A stretch of 64,000 nucleotides of DNA from Adineta vaga (GCA_021613535.1 CP075497.1:6262001-6326000), one strand, 5' to 3'. Counted from the first letter of the stretch, positions 39,131 through 53,629 are shown. Program-made: numbers and translations. The notes: generated by a model from the letters alone, not told the origin.

Positions 39131-42100
39131 TCAAACACGTATCTTCTTTCCAGGATTTTTATCTGCTTTAATTACTTTTGTTATTATACCGGCATTACTA
39201 ATACTATCATTATGCCAAGTTCTTGCTCTAAGTAACTGTGATTCCGAACTTTGCAAAACATTATTTTGCGATGGTGATTGTAGTTCAGAATTATTTTTTA
39301 AGAGGACTTTATCACGTTCGTTTTCTAAACCTTTCAAAATGACATATGTATGTTGAAGAAGAATTTGATCATCAACTTCAAATGTTTGTATATCACCTTC
39401 GGTGATATTTCCAGTCCATAGATCTGTTCGTTCGAGATAAATTTGTATTGGAACATCAAGACTAACGTTAACATTTGATAAGACACGAACCATTAAACGT
39501 TTGAGAATTCCAATCCATGCATGAATATCTCGAAGTGAAAGAGCAATTGTTTCTTTCTTAAATGTCATCTCACTAAATTGTTTAACTAAAGTGTTTCGTT
39601 GATCAATATCAAATGATTCTTCTGTTAATGTTGCTTTAACAAAATGACGTACAACATGATCAAAAACACTCTCTTCAATTAATTCATATAAATCAATAAT
39701 ATATTTCAGATGTATCACAGCAAATGGTGGACGTTGAAGAACATGATCATTCAAACAAGCACTTGAACGAATATATTTCTCTACAAACGTTTGGATTGTT
39801 ACTGATTCATTAGTTATTCCATCATCCATATTACGTAGATAAGTAAAGACATAGTCCAATGATCCAAGATAATGAAGCATATCATCATTTTGCATACTAT
39901 TAATTAGATTTTTTAATTTCATTCTTTCGTTTTCTTTGAACAGTTCTTGTTTGATGCGTCGTCGAACATCATTGATTAAGGCTGTATTTTCACTATAGAG
40001 TTCAAATTGATAATTGAGGAAACGTAATTTCTCTGTATCGATTAACGGTAAACAACCAATCATATTTCTTAATGTTAATTCAATTTCTTCAAAATCATAG
40101 ATAATATCTTGACTTTTTCCATACTGATAATTAAGTGTAAATCCATCAGTAATCAATTTGGTACTAATAACGCTTGCATCAAGATATAGAATATGCTCTG
40201 GACGAATAGATTGAATTGGTATGCTATTTTCTTGATAACGATTATTTTCTGCATCATTAAGAATTCGATTATGAAAGAAATGAACGATTTCATTCTGTAA
40301 TTCACCAATCGTTCGTAAACATCCAGCTAAAAGAATGCTACTATTATCTTTTGTTGTATTCAATAAAACCATAGCTAGTTTGGTATGTGTAGCAAAATCT
40401 TCTTTTGATATAGGTAATTCAAATTTTGCTGTTTGACAACCATAACGTACTTCATTGAAATTGAGTTTATACCAGGCATGAACAAATTCTTTATAAAGTT
40501 CAGTCATTGTTTCACAATCAGTACCATGAGTTAAATAATATGCAATTGCCGTTTCAGAAGCTTCATTACGTTTAATACGATGATTAAATTTTTCAATTAA
40601 ATAATTTGTAAAAGTAACGATAGCATATAGATGTTGAATGTTTGTGTAATCAGCTAGACGTTTCATTAAAAATGTTGTTACTGGATAAGTTTCATCACTA
40701 TAGGGTATTGTTTGAAGTTTATTACGAAATTCATTGATTGGATTTGACGTATAAATATTTGTAATATTAAAAAAAGTTAGTAATGGATACTTTCTTTCAT
40801 CTTGAAATATTTCATCAACATAATCATTAAGTGTTGCTTCAGCATCTTGTTGTCGAATATACTCAGAATATGCAGTTTTATACTGATTGATTTCATTTGC
40901 AATTGATTCGATATGATTAAAAAGAATTTTTTCTTCAAGAAGTTTTTCTAATCGTACAACTTTTTCATTCGTATTCATAAAACCTTTGAGAATCAACTCT
41001 TTATCAAGCATATGATTGAATAATTTATATAACCAGATATAGCATTGATCGTTGTCAGTTGTTTGATGATGAAGAAGAGAGTAATCTTTTTCAAAATGTT
41101 CTTGAAAATGATTAGGATTAGGAAGTTCCAAATCTGTTAATAAGGATAGTTCATGAAGAAAAAGTAATGTTGCATGCGTGATCATATGCATAAAACGATA
41201 TGAAATGGATCGATTTAAATGATCGGATTTTTCATATTCATTACTTTGTGCTGCAAATATTAAATTATGATATCCATATCGAGGAATTTTATTGTATTCA
41301 TCAATGTAATCGTTAATAAATTGAAAACCTTCTTCAATACTCATTCGAATCTGTGGAGGATCACGTTCGATAAGAACGCCATATTGTTCTGCACCAATTT
41401 GTTTTTTACATAATGGGCATTGGCTATGATCAACTGGTACACCACAATTAATAAAAAAGAACATCCAATCGCAATCTTTTGAGCACCGAAAAACATATTT
41501 GCCCGGTTCATGTATTTGACCTTGTTCTAAACGTTCTTTCACCGTTGTACGTACATCAATCATCTGACTAATAATGGGATTACTTGATAAAAGTCCAGGT
41601 AAACAAACAGATGATTGTAAATGATTGGTATAATTTTCTGGCATCTTCAAATTTCCATCAAATAGCAATGTACTTAAATAAGATGTATATGACAAAGTTT
41701 TGTATGAAAATAATAGGGCAATGATATTCAATGCAACTAAACGTTGATGTACTTCATCTGTGGTCATTTTCGAATGTAAATGAAAATAAGTTGTGCCACT
41801 GAAATTTGTACATAAGTAAATGAGAAATTTGTATCCAACAAGTTCGAAAGACTCAATTATCTCTTTATTGAGCTCTTTCTCAATTAATTCATGATAATAA
41901 CTATTTGATGAAACATCTTCATTTAAATAGAAACGTGCATAATAGTGTATAAACCATATGAGAAAAGAATAGGATGTAGATTGACTTGTTTGACATTGAT
42001 TAATTAATTGTCGAACTTTATTCGTAGTAACATCTTGAGTAAGAATACGGCTAACTCGAATAAATTCTTCTTGACATTCAAATAATGGCGTTGGTAAAGT

Positions 42101-45100
42101 TAAAACACTTCGAATATCTTGTGTGTCTTGATTAGTAGACACAGCAATCATTGGTTTCATCCAAGTAACATTTCGATTAAAGATAATCTTACGTAAATCA
42201 TTGAGTGTGATACTTGACATTTGACATAATTGTTTAATAATAAATAATTTAATAGTAGAACAAAATAGAAAATCATCTCGAGTAAGTAATTTATCAATAT
42301 CTTCTAGAATTTTATGATGACTATCATTAATGAGAATAAAAGCATAAAGTTGTGCATAATATTTCAACCAAGCAATTAAACTAATTAATGTAATACCCGA
42401 ATCATTGGAAATATTTTGTAACGTTTGAATATTTTCTTCAAACTGTTCAAATTGTGTGCTAAGAATCTGTTCAATCATTTCTTTATTATCTATAGGCAAT
42501 ATCAAATGCATATGAATACGAGCAACCATAATATGTTCAATTTTTCGTGTTGTATCATTTAATTTTTGTAAATAGTCATGTATTTGTTGATATTCACTTG
42601 TTATTTCTTGTAAATCTTCATTAAGATATTCCGAATTTTCAATAAGCGGTAATTGTCCATGAAAATTTTGAATCATCGGTAATAACTGAAGTTTTCGATC
42701 AATATAAGTAAAGATTTTTGCAGAATATTGCCAAAGATTATTATCCGATTTACTCATCAAATCAATGATATCTAGATATTCATCACCATGATCAACAAGC
42801 CAATTTTTTAGAAATTCACTTTCAAGTTTTAATAAAGTTCGTTGAATAACATTTTGATTTGCATTTTGTTCATTGGCATTAATAATTCGTTCTAGATGAG
42901 TAATAAATTTATGAATATCATCACATTTTGCAAATGTAGCATCAAAACCAGCATAACGAATTACTTCTTTAAAAACATTTAATGCTTTATTTGTTGGTAT
43001 TAAAGTTGTGAGACAACGAACAAGACTTATAAATGAACGTAGTTTTTCAAGATTATTTACTGAATAATGTTTCAAACTAAGTATACTTTGAGCAACAAGA
43101 CTGTAAGTTGTAGTTAATTGTTCAATATTATGTATACGATTAATAGTTGATGGCGAAACAAGAAGTTCAATTAAATTCATTAGACTAACTTCAATGAATG
43201 GATCACCATCGCATTGAAATATTTCTTCTTTGACCATTTCTGATTTTGGTGGAATTAAATAAAATTGTTCATTAGTTAAAACCAAATTATATAATAAACT
43301 TTCATTTTTAGTAAATTTCTTATCTGCTTCATCAACAACTATGAATTGTTGAGTAAATAATTCATTGAAATCGTTTTCATTGATTAATTTTGTACTAATT
43401 TCTAATAATCTTAAAATTTCGAATAATTCATTATAATCAATCAATAAATGTTTTAATCGATCATCAATTGATCGCATTGGATTGGTTAAGAGTAAACGGT
43501 GAATAAATAATGAAGGTAACTGATAGATTTTTGCTTCATCTTGCATAAATGATAATTGATCATAATAGTAATATTTAAATAAATCTGTATTAGTCAAAAT
43601 CATTTCAATATTCGAATTATAGATACTTTTCGTGCGTAACTGTTTAATTGCTTTTGCAATTAAATCTTCTTCATAAATGTTTTCTTCTTCGCGTCGTTCA
43701 GACATCATTTGTCGTATCGAACGAATATTTTCATATTCCATTTTGGCACATGGTAAATGTAGATTAAAAATCAATGGCATTTCAATAACTTCAAGATTAA
43801 TAATCGTTATATCGATTGTTTTCAATGTTGATTGTAGACAATCAAACCAGATTTTATTTAATAAATAATTCGAATGATTCTTACAAAGAAAGAAGAATGC
43901 ATCGATTAAAGATGCATTTTCGAAATGATAAAGTAATAAGAGAAGATAACTTTCATAATATTGTGAAATGATATACTGTAATGCATCATTAAATGAACGA
44001 CATGTACCAATGATAATTCCATTAGTTAATAAATCATATCGCCAATCTGTGAATCGTGTTAAAATTATCTTTTCAAGTATTTTTAAAAGATTTTCTTGAA
44101 TAATCGAACGTAAAGATTGAGATTCAATCATAATTGTTAAATGTTCAATAATTTGATTTCGTCGAATATTTATTTGAGATAATAAATCTTTTCTAGTAAC
44201 TGTATAACGAAATTTTGTTAGACAACGATCGATTAATTCATCAAATAAACATTCAGATAGAAGGAAATATGGATGCGTTATTAAATCATGATATGAAGGA
44301 TTCAATAGAATTGTTTTTGGTATTAATTTATGTTCATTTAAATCATTGATCATCAATGTTGACCAACCGTTAAATAAAACTTCATTTGTTGTTTGATTTA
44401 ACATATGACGTTGAAGATGAAAGATTAACCAAACACTTCGATTTGTTGGTGAAACTTTTGAATTTAATAAAATATGTTTCAATAAAAGAATATGTTCATG
44501 TTCTTGATGATAATCAACACGAATAATTAATAGACGTATTTGATCTTGTCTTTGATAATGTTCTTTGACTTTATTTGTTAATTCAACTTCGGTTTTATAC
44601 GTATTCAATTTAACTTCTTCGATTTCATCACATTGATAATCGATGATATGAAAAATTTGTGTATATGTGTAGATAATTTGATTAGGTAAACTATTTTCAT
44701 TCAATGCTTCATGAAGAATTGTATGAAAATCAAATTTTGTATGAATATCATAGTATTGATCGATCAAAGGTTGATATTCATTCGATTGTAATGAAAGTAC
44801 AACAGGTAAATCAAATGAACTTGTTCGAATTAATTTTTCTTTACAATAATTTATCACATCATTCGTATTCGTTTCATCATCAGTTGAAAGCTTTAAATAA
44901 TAGAATGCATCGATAACTAAATTACATATATAATCATTACTATAATCAACAAATAAATGTTGTAATAAGGGAAAATATTTGTTCATATTTAATGGAAGTA
45001 AATTGATTAATTCTGTTAGAATTTGATCAGTAATTGACCAATGACGTTGATGAACCAACGATTTCATATCGATAATATGTTTTTCGAAACGATTTAAAAA

Positions 45101-48100
45101 TGGTGGATCACATTTATTTAAATCTTCTTGTCGAACAAAGACAACACAATAAAAATCATCATTAACAAGACAATGTGGATGATAAAGTGCACCAAGAGCA
45201 ATTCGACAATATTTTTTCTTTCCTGATACAGCAAAATTTTGATTAAATAAATCATATAAATTATCATATAAATGTCCCATACGACGCATAACTAATGTTA
45301 CATTCGTTTCAGCATAGAGTATAACATCCACAGTACACGATGATTATATTGTTCGGTATAAGTCGTACCAGAAACAAAATCTCCGGAAAAACAACTACCA
45401 ATTAATGTTCGTACGGATGGTGGTTGATGTTTAACAATAATATATCTTTCAACATAATCAATAACACCTTCATTTTCAGCAATTAACATTAAATAACGTC
45501 CTTGTCGAGATGTTAATCTTAAATCAAGTAATTGCTTGAATGATGGTGATCGATATTGTTCAATTAAATGTTCGCAATGAAGATGTTCACAAAAACGATT
45601 CCACATGAATTGTGAAGCATCATAAATTCCATCAAAATTAATGACTAATTGTCGACGAATATATTCATAGGATTCATTTTCATTATTACTCACAATTAAA
45701 TCATTAACAACACCTTTAATTAACGAATAAAAATCTCGTAAACCAAAATAATTCGAATGTTTCTGTTGTTCTAGATGTGTAGTGAAAAAAACATATAATT
45801 TATTATATGCAATAGCAAGTGCTTCAATAATCGATGAATCAATTCGTGCGATTTGTCCTTCAGATAGAACTAAAGCATCGGAAATAGTTTTGGCTGTTAA
45901 AACTAAATCTGACATATCAGGATCAGGACATGATAAATAAAGTGCACGATTCATTTTTGATGCATCAAGTCGCCAATTGGATAATCCAACAAAACCATAT
46001 TGACATGTTTCAACTTCCAATTTACTATGTAAAACTTTTAATGGATTATGTGGTGATAATTCAGCAAGGCCAATTTCATCGAAAACAATTACTGGTAAAA
46101 TATTTGCATCAGATTTGGCATTCAGATATTTATCAGCACGTTGAAAGACTTTGATTATACTTTCTGATGTACAATTTTGTGATCCCTGATATGAAACAGT
46201 AACTAATTCAGGTAATGTTTGAAAATATGAATCAGAAGATTTCTTTCCTTTCAAATTACTAATAACAATTTGTACAGCTGACGTTTTACTACAACCTGGT
46301 TTACCACAAATAATAACTGGAATACGATTGATAATACAGACCAAAAGAACAAAAATATTATCTTTTAGTGCACGATTTTTTGCTGTACCCGGTGGTAATA
46401 TCATTCGTTGAATTAATTTATTTTGTTCGACATCAAGAAATTTAACTAAATAATTAGCGATATGTGATCGATTGATTAAGACAGACTTAAGAGTTTCTTC
46501 TATTTGATCTGCATATTCCTTTCGATCAATAGGTGAACTAAGACGAAAATAATAACAGAGTAGAAGTGCAATTAAACTTGAACGTTGTAGAAGAGCTGAT
46601 AAATTATCAGTTAATTTGTCTGTTCCTTCACGTTCAAGAATCGATTGTTGAAACCAATTATATAAACGACAAAATCGTGCGACATCACGTAAAGATACAC
46701 TACTAACATCTTCATGTTTACGAAAGAATTTTTGAGATTGTGAAATAGCTTGTACTATAGAATTAAACCATACATGATCTCTTGCTAAGTATTTACATGT
46801 ATTTAACATGGTTCGAATATATTCACGTTCAACAACATCACCAAGATAACCATAATCCCAAATATATTCTAACATTGTTTCAGGAATTGGTACAACGGTA
46901 TATAAAAGTGAAATACCACAAGCATCTTTTAAACGTTGCATTTCATAAACATCCTTTTTAATACCAATATGATTATCAATGATTTTATTCGTTTCTTTTC
47001 GTCGTTGAGGATTACAAGCACCTAGGAGAACCATATTTTCTGGTATTGATTTACCAAGTAATGTTCGTTCACAAGTTAATTCTTTGATTAAACCAATATT
47101 TGGTGTTGTATTAAATTCATCAAGAAATACCCATAAACGTTTATTTTGTTCGGAACATTGTAGTGCTCGTTGAGATAAATTTTCAATTGTTTCAATAATT
47201 TGTTCACTTGTTACACCTGCATGAATACGAAAGATTTCCATTTCATCATCTAAAATCTTTTGGCAAAGAAATTGTATTAATGCAGTTTTACCGCAACCTA
47301 TAAAATAGAAGGAGATAAATCATATTTTTGTAGTTATTCAACTTCTAAACCTCACCTGTTTCTCCCATAATTAATACTGGCAAACCACTTTGTACTCGTA
47401 AATAGATTAACAACATTTTTAGATAATTATCCGGTGTTAAAACATATTCAGATTGGATTTTTTCTGCAATAGTTTGTTGAAACTTCAAAATATCTTCTGT
47501 TTCAGATGAGAGAGGTCGAATTAACGTATCATTTGTTTCACATTTCGTACATCGTGTCTGATGATTATATTCATATTGACAATAACATTTCGTACATATT
47601 GATTTGTTAAAATATTTCTTAGATAAAGATGCAAGTTTAAGAAAGAATTGTGTATGCGTAAAATGATTATAATCAGGAAAAGCATCCGTTAATTGTTGAT
47701 TCTTTTTTCCCGTTGTAATTTCCAGATATAATTGAAAGGTTTTAACCAGTGATGAAGGAACATTAGTGGGTTTTTTATATACGAATATTGGATCATCCGT
47801 TGCAGAAAAAACAACTGTAAATGGTTGAGTATCATCCCAAGAAACAATTGCATCACTGAATGGAATAAAAGCATCATTTGTATGAACTGAACGTTGATTT
47901 TTTCGGACATGTTCAACACATAAAGAAGTAAATTGATTTGCTGATTGAAGTAAACTTTGAAGAATATCCAAACGTAATTGTGGATCTGGTAATTCATCAG
48001 GAAAAAAATAACCACAACGTGAAAATCCTGAAAATAGACTATGATAAACTGAGATAAAAATTGATACTTTCGTCCATGTGATATATTCTGGATCTTTGCC

Positions 48101-51100
48101 GAATAAGATAGTTTTTTTCAAACGATTGATACAAGTAATTCGATCAATATTATCTTTAGTATCTTCAGTAATACAACGTTCACGAATTGTTCCATCTTCA
48201 ATTGCTTGAAGATATTTTACAATTAATTGAATAGCTGATGAATTACGAATTTCAAATGTACTCCAATCGATCGAATCAATATGTTTGGATTTAATAAATT
48301 TCAATAAAATAATTTTCTCTCGAAAATCAATCGAACTAGGTGATGAATCAAATTCAATATAAATCGGTACATCCATTGGAATATAGACAGCCGTTTGTTT
48401 CAAACGAAAACTTCGAAAAAGTAATAAACAATAGAGAAGTTCATTCAATTGTTTGAGATTATTAATTGCACCAAGATCAATATGTAAAGCTGCTTTCGAT
48501 GATATTAATTCATTTCCATAATTACACAAACGTTCAGCAATATCATCAACATCAATATCACCACTAATTGGAAATTTAATATGAAGTTTACCTTTTTTCT
48601 CAATTTCATTTTCTATAAAATATGTTTTTCCTAAACCATTGATTCTTGATGTAACTAATATACAATTTTCATCAATTGATTGTTCAATAGTATCTTTCAA
48701 ATCATTTTCATTCAACATATCTTGATCATGTATTGTTAGAACGATTTGTAATGTTCGTAAACCATTGATTAATTGTAAATATGTACTGGATACAGTTGTT
48801 ACAATTCCTAAACGAAAATAATGTTGAGAATTTTGTTCCATAAATTGTTTGATTAAACGTGTAAAATGATCTTGAATCGATGAAGATAATAATTCTGGTC
48901 GAATTAATTGATGTAATTTTTGAGAATAAAAACATCGATATGTAAATGCACGAATTTCCATCCAACTTGTTTCTTCCGTACAATAGAATAGATGATTAAC
49001 AAGACATGATGTTTGTGTTAATTTAAATAATGAAAGTATTGCTCGTAAGATTCCTTCATTCGATGTTTCAGCAAGATAAACTTTTTTGATACTTCGACTT
49101 TCTTGTTTAAGTGTTAAATCTGTTTTCATACGTTGTGCTGTTAAGATTTTGCCAATATTTTTCAAACGTTCCATTGGATTTGTACTTTTAACTGGTAAAT
49201 ATTCCGAACGAATTTTATCTGGTTCAATACCAATATATTTCAATAAATGATATCCAGCATGTTGAGTATTTACTAATTCATTCTGTTTATACAAATAACC
49301 TTCAATAATCCAAATTTGTTGATAAGAAAAGTAAGTTAAATCGAGATGTTTTTCATACATTTGACATAAATAGATTTGCCAATGTTCTAAGAGATCATCT
49401 AATTGAATACTAAATTCCATCAATTCTTGATAATTACTATCAATACATGTAAACGATTTATTTGGTGCAAGATAATCGACAATTGATGGATGACCAGTAA
49501 TGTTTAATGATGAAAAATTTTTCAGAATTTTTTCGACAATTTCAACAAATGTAACAAATGCACGACGTTCTTTTATATCACGTTCGGAATCGATAAGAAA
49601 CGGATTTTTTTTATTCGTTGAATATTCAATTAATCTTGCTCGATCACGTAATTCACTTAAATCATTAAAACCCATTGATTGTGGTTGAATATTAATATTA
49701 AATTTATTGGCTTGAACAGTAAAATCGAATGTTATATTTCTCATTAGATCGGATATATGTGTTCGTTTGGATAATTCTTTATCGGTTAATTCTAAATGAA
49801 TACGTTTGATAGTTGGTAATGATGCTGAACAAGTTTGAAAACAATTGAGAATATTTTTAAATTGTTCATCAGTAAACGTTTTCTGAAAAGCCGATTCCGT
49901 TTGTTGAATAGTTGGTGTAATGGATTCCATTTCATGATTAAATCGAACAAAAAATCGTTTTAACATTACGAAATCTAAGATCGTTTTCGTATTTATTAAG
50001 ATTTCATCCCAATCATTGACGGCTTGTAATAAATTATCGACATCAGTAGAAGGAAGAAGATTTAAAAATGTTATTAAATCGTTTGATAAACTGTATTGAG
50101 AAAGAAAATCAAGAAATCCTTTTGAATATTGTTGAGAAAAATATGACAGAAAGTATCGATATTGTGTCCAACATTTTAAACATTGTGTTTGACGATTGAT
50201 TTGTGTGATTTTTCGCAGTTTTCCACACATATCATCCAGAGGTCTTTGAAGATTAAGAAGAAGATTGATATAACCATGACAGATATGATTGATATATTCA
50301 CGATTTTTCCAATAATCTAAAACTGATTTGAGTGTATCAGCAATATTTGACTCTAAAAATGGTTTCAAAATTCCAAAATCATGATCAATATATTGTAAAT
50401 CAGGAAAGAAATTTAATAGATCCAATATTGGTAAACGAGTCCATCGAATGCAAATTGCTTTTAAACGATCACTAAATAAATTCAGAATTTCGATATTCTC
50501 CTTTAAGATTTCAATACAAGTACGTTCATCTGCAGGAATACAATCACTTGAATGTGGTGAATCGTTTAGTGATGGATCTGTATCCAATACAGATTCTAAA
50601 TAGTAAAAAACAAAATTTTCATTACTGAAGATTAATGAACAGTTTGCTGTTTAGGATTGAACGTTAAGCCTCGTCACGCATCTAACCCTATGTGTCAATG
50701 TGATAGATATCGTATAACGATATGAATGCAGTCATAACATCGTCATTTTTTTCAATGTTATTTCGATCGTCTGAATATAATCGATCTATTCAATCAAACA
50801 TCTTGATATATTCAATTATAATCAAGGAGATTTTCAAAATATTAAAGATATTGCTTACTTTCATCAGATAATAAAGTTTCTTCATCACTGATACTATTGG
50901 ACTCAACTTCAGTCGTTGTTGATGATCTAAATTGACCATCTGAAAATAGAAAAACATATGAGAACAAAATTAGTTTATTAAAAGTTTTACTTTTTTTATG
51001 TTTAATTAAGAATGATTGCCAAACGTAGAGCTTTTCCAATGGATTCAGACGATCAGCTAGGGGTACAAGAGCTTGAATTTCATCGGGAATTTTGATTGAA

Positions 51101-53629
51101 CGAATAATTCCACATTTTAATTGAGTTTCGATTTCTTCAAATAGACCAAAATAGATTTGTTTATCAGATGCATATTGACAATAGATTTCTAAACATTTGA
51201 TAATTTTTTCTTTAATTTGAATTTTCTCTTCCATTTCTTGTCGTTGTTTATCAATCAATGAATCGATTTGATATTGTTTTTCTGCCTTTTCTCCTACATA
51301 ATTCCAAATTCGTTGTATTATTTGACGTTCTTCATTCGTAAATTTTTTCCATCCTTGCAATTGATTTGCACGAAAACCTTCTTCTTCCCATGAATTCCAC
51401 AATGCAAGTAATTGATCAATGAGAATCTGTCGCAATTTCGTACTTTTAAAACAATCTTCAAATAGAATTGCATAAATACATGTTGTACTATTCGGTCGTT
51501 CAAATGTATCTCGTAAGATTTCATTGACACTAAATTGAATTTGATCCGTAACTAAATGAATTAAATCATTTACCAATAGACTTCGATCTTGTACTTGTGT
51601 ATAGAGTCGTATTAAATGATATAATGGATTTTGATGATTATGTAATTGTTTTAATTTCTCGAATGATAAACATAATTGTGAAGATATATATTGTTTTTTA
51701 AATTGAACAAGAAAATTTTCATTATGAACATTGATTAATGCTTCAGATATAATTTGATAAATTGATGCTAAAAGGAAGTAGAAATGTACAAGTGAAAAGA
51801 AAATCAATTGAAATTTTACCTTGTTGAAAACAAAGATGAATCATATGTTGAATGAAAATTGTTTGATAGTGTTTATTTTCAAATGCATTAATGAATATAT
51901 CGATATCTTTCATAATTTTGATGGTTATATCATGTTTTCTATTGAATTGATTTGACCATTGTTTTAATACATCTTGATAATCATGATCATTTCGATCATT
52001 GATTTTCTCATCAAATAATAGAAATGAAATACACCATTGTTTAAAGAATTCATAGGAATATGATGCATGAGCATGGGAGAATAGATGCATTAGTAAATCT
52101 CGTTTATTGATTAAAAATAAAATAATTGATGATTTGGAAATAAATGAAATAATCAAACGAATATCTCGAAAATGTTCGATAGTAATGATTAATGAATATA
52201 AGTATTCTTTGATTTTCACACGTAATTGAATACTATTTTCAATTGCTGTATTTACTATTTTGAAGATGTTTTTTGCTGAATCATCTGTTTCGATAGATTC
52301 AATTTGTAGAAATTTAAGTAAAAAGACAATACTTTCAAGATTAACTAGAATAAATTGAAGAGAATGATGAAAATTCATGGAAAGAGAAAATTTGTTTTAC
52401 CAGCTAAACGATCTTCGAAGATAAGTTGATCGAATTGTCGGATGATTTCATCATGGATAGCATGATTATCTTTTTGAATTCCTAAGACTTGTACTAAAGA
52501 AGAAATGTAAATTGGAATTCTTTCTGTTAATTCAAGTTGTTTTAATGAGACAATATTTGAATCGACAAGTTTGAATAAATCCGTCCAGTTTAAACCTAAT
52601 ACTGGTCTTTGTAAGTCTTCTAATCGTTTTAATAAAACATTAGCAAGATCTTTTTTACAATATTCATTTTTCATCCGATGAATTAATGTTATTGTATCAC
52701 TCGATTGAATTAATAATTCAATAGAAAGATAGAGAATAAGACCATGTCGAAATAAAGGCCAATCTTCATTTGTAATTGGTGCAAATATTTGATCGAAATG
52801 TTCTCGAAGATTATCAGTTACTGCTAAAGCAAATTTCGTTGTCGAATGACTTGTTAAATCGAAATTTGATTTTGTAATGGGAAGAATTCCTGCCATACAG
52901 ATAATGAGTTTTTCGTCAAGATGTTGTTTTGCTGGTACAGATAATGCGTAGGATGAATATGCAAGACAATCTTGAAAAAATTCATTGAAATCTGCTAATG
53001 ATAATTTTCGATTTTCATCTTGAATTGCTTTTTCAAATTGTTTAATCAAGATTCTAAATGTATCGTACATATATTGACGAATAATATAATACGTATATAA
53101 ACATAGTTGACTCCAAAAAGGAACATTATGACCTAGAAATCGAAAGAGATAAACATTAGAAATCAACAAAAAGAAGATTCTTACCAGGAGCAGCATCAAC
53201 GATATTTTTAGCAAAATGAACATCAAACAGAAAATAATGTACAGTTGAACGAGGATTATCAAAAACTCGATCTTTTTCATCAATATAATCACGATATGTT
53301 GTATCAGAATGTGGAATTTTTCTTGAAAGACGTAATCGATAATATGTTATTGGTAAACGACCATTTTCAAGCTTAACATATACACGATCTTGTGTATCGA
53401 GAATTAAATCTATATCAGCACGATAAATATATGGACAAACTGCTTCTTGTCCATTGAATGATTCAATTCGATGGAATGTATATTTGATATCATTATTTAG
53501 ATAAGCTTTGATCTTAAACTTTTCATCGATGGTTGTATTTCGTAGAATATATAAATGTACTTTTTGTGTTGTCCATGCCGGAGGTAGAGTTGGTAATTGA
53601 ACTGCCCCACCATCAGTTTCATTTGACAT
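39131..53629 (-). CDS. RNF213: RNF213/mysterin-like giant AAA+ ATPase-E3 ligase (~4,600 aa), RZ finger present, no RING seen; 1-bp frameshift at ~45330
   Basis: LVTSRINGLGKT; YVLTPDNYLKMLLIYLRVQSGLPVLIMGETG|CGKT (intron 47298-47355); FLDEFNT; SVSLRDVARF; GKPGCSKT; SYQGSQNCTS; VFDEIGLAELSPHNPLKVLH; SNWRLDASKMNR; FGLRDFYSL; LYDNLYDLFNQNF; PPFLNRFEKH; RZ-like CxxxC...CG...CPLCKKQIG. Confidence 0.9.

Noticed and set aside
50640-50730. B-box-like GTTCAATCC (minus strand) and small hairpin ATATCGT-ata-ACGATAT in an RNF213-like intron
   Set aside because: No cloverleaf or A-box; a 7-bp stem is expected by chance in AT-rich DNA.
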